This document shows, one piece after another, positions 61,970 to 64,000 of a DNA stretch of 64,000 bases. The notes beneath the pieces were generated by a model. The model did no database searches. It had not been told where the DNA came from and saw only the letters and a program-made list of their open reading frames with translations. The stretch lies in contig NMRA01000023.1 in assembly GCA_002633005.1 (NCBI GenBank), positions 767,339 through 831,338 on the forward strand, written 5' to 3'. Every line of letters starts with the position of its first letter. Position 1 is the stretch's first letter. The position numbers were made by a program, and so were the translations under genes. Origin of the DNA: Phoronis australis (taxonomy: Eukaryota > Animalia > Phoronida).

Positions 61970-64000
61970 TTTCAACTTCTTGTTTCTAATTTGGCCAAAA
62001 ACTGATATCATTACGTGTCAAAAACTAAAGCATTAAATAATTGTCAATGCACTAATCGCTTCCGTTAAAAGATGGACTGTTACCTAATCAGCGTGAATAA
62101 CCACGGTGGAAACGGGCTGTCGACCTTCTTTGGTCATGAAAGAGCCCCTGTGTGAAATGGAAATATTCGTACTGATACCAAAGCAAAGGACTATGTAAGT
62201 TTACAGTGATATCAGACCTAATCAGCTCTCTGGCTGTGCACAATTATGATGACTAAGGGAGCGGCCAATAAATGGGACTTGATCACATATACGTAACGTG
62301 TTAATCAGAATGAAACAGAAGACATGAACAGACGTGACGTCACAGAATCCCATTGTAGTGCACGTATCGTTAGATCCTTTTATTTCCAATACCTATAAGA
62401 GTTTAATGGTTGCTTATTAATAAATATTTCATGCTGAAGCCATTAACTTGCACGCTTTCACAAAACCTTGTCCATGGCGGCATAATTGCAGCGTAGCGTG
62501 TTCCTCAAAAGTGATTACCGCTATTAACTTAGAAGGGTGCTAAACCCCCATTTAGACCCGTACAAACATAGTATTTACTGCAGACAGAACACTTCAGTTG
62601 ACACAACCATCGTTAACACTTAAATTTTAGACTAGTGTTGAGATTTCTCATAAAGTCTACTGAATCAGCAATCGTGACCAACGCTTTTTGGGTGACTTAA
62701 TTCACTAAAACAGATGTGGGTACGTGTAGCAAAAGTTCGACTACCTCGAACAGCGTGACCCGTTTGTGACAAAGCTGGGAGTAATATGAACATAGTGCTA
62801 GTGACAAAGTGAGCACGTGGTGTTAGGTAATGCAATGGGGGAAAAAGAAATAAGGTGTCGCAAGAGTACCGCCGGTGACCTTTCCGTGGAAACGCCTGCA
62901 GTCTGGCCGCATGTGGTTCCATCACACGAACCGTCTATTAGGCTTGTGTACCGCTTTCCTTTCTCAGTCTGTGGGCACGGCCGGGTTTTAGCCTATATTT
63001 TATTTCGAAGCGAAATCGGAAATATTTTTGACATTTCCCGTTGTCCTTTAATATCAGAGTCGAGATTATTATCTATATTGCTCTGTTCTCGGGTACACTT
63101 TTCTCACCATCGCACTAAATGACCCCTCTATTCAAGCTACGAAAACCCGTTCTGAATTCAACTAAAAAGTCAAGATTTAGAATTCAGACTTTAGCTCAGT
63201 TGTACCTTTAATGCCGACGTATCAAGTGCGAAGTAGGATAATCCGTCCATCCACGTACAAGTACATGTGCACTCGAGTACAGACGCTTATCTAGAGTTCG
63301 TTTTATACTGAGAAGAATGGGAAATGTTAAGAATAATTTGGAGTTCGATTTCGAGTAGTAAGATGACGTCACAGGCCCAGATCCATCAAAACGAGGCATT
63401 CAGCCATTAGCGTCACCTGGAGAACATCGGGTGGCCTAAAGCCCCATCTAAAGTGTTAACATGTTTAGCAGCACGAGCCTAACGATACCCGCAAAATACG
63501 GCAGCATCACTATCTCAAGGAATCCGGCGTTCGTGAACTATGCAGGCTTAACTTACTTAGATCACCAGTAAGTAGTCTAAAGAATTGTAACAGATATTCC
63601 GAAAACCGGAAATAACTGCAAATGGCTTACTGTAGGACAACGAGTTGTGAGCTCATGTTTTGACATGGAGGTCGCTGAGAGCTGGCGTTTTGTGGCTCAT
63701 TGTTTTTTTTTTTTTTAACAACACAAAAATCACCATAGTTGAAGATTATCAGTAGTGAAATCCGAAAAGACCAAGCACATGAAATGAAACAGTTATTCAA
63801 TAATATTCCTGCTAATTCAAAATTACATTTTAAATCATCAACTATGAGAAATATACATCGTAAATCTTAATCATCACAATGAATAATTACAAAAAAGTGC
63901 TCTGGCAAAATGAGGCTCAAAAACCTATCGACACCAGTCACGAATGTTCGATAAATAGTGGCCGGCGATGTGAACAACGGGATTTTTTGGAGCTTTGACT

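Noticed and set aside
1-64000. Prokaryotic systems (operons, CRISPR-Cas) or Fanzor/TnpB nucleases
   Set aside because: The sequence is spliced eukaryotic DNA; I saw no RuvC motifs, repeat-spacer arrays, rRNA or intact tRNA.

Overview
AT-rich, intron-containing animal genomic DNA, probably a marine invertebrate (inferred from the repeat families; the species cannot be determined). Two complete spliced genes were reconstructed by hand. They lie head-to-head: THYN1 (EVE domain, minus strand, 7827-18554) and LRRC56 (plus strand, 21619-32608). The window also holds the 5' part of a secreted Trp/Ser/Thr-rich 17-aa-repeat protein running off the left edge (absent from the ORF track) and a partial Ig-domain transmembrane gene (42837-44786, minus). 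THYN1 intron 1 contains a decayed intronless cathepsin F copy apparently inserted in a PHD finger, next to an SGNH-hydrolase remnant. Mobile DNA is abundant: an internally deleted Kolobok-type element (THAP transposase plus P2X7-C-terminal-like gene), 9-bp-TSD foldback elements including a 73-bp perfect hairpin, 5-bp-TSD MITEs, Helentron-like HINE elements (two carry convergent CTCF-like motif arrays around the gene pair), and a Penelope-type hammerhead-like motif. Single-N gaps at 6033 and 11905 suggest some local duplications are assembly overlaps. All family assignments come from motif recognition, not database searches.
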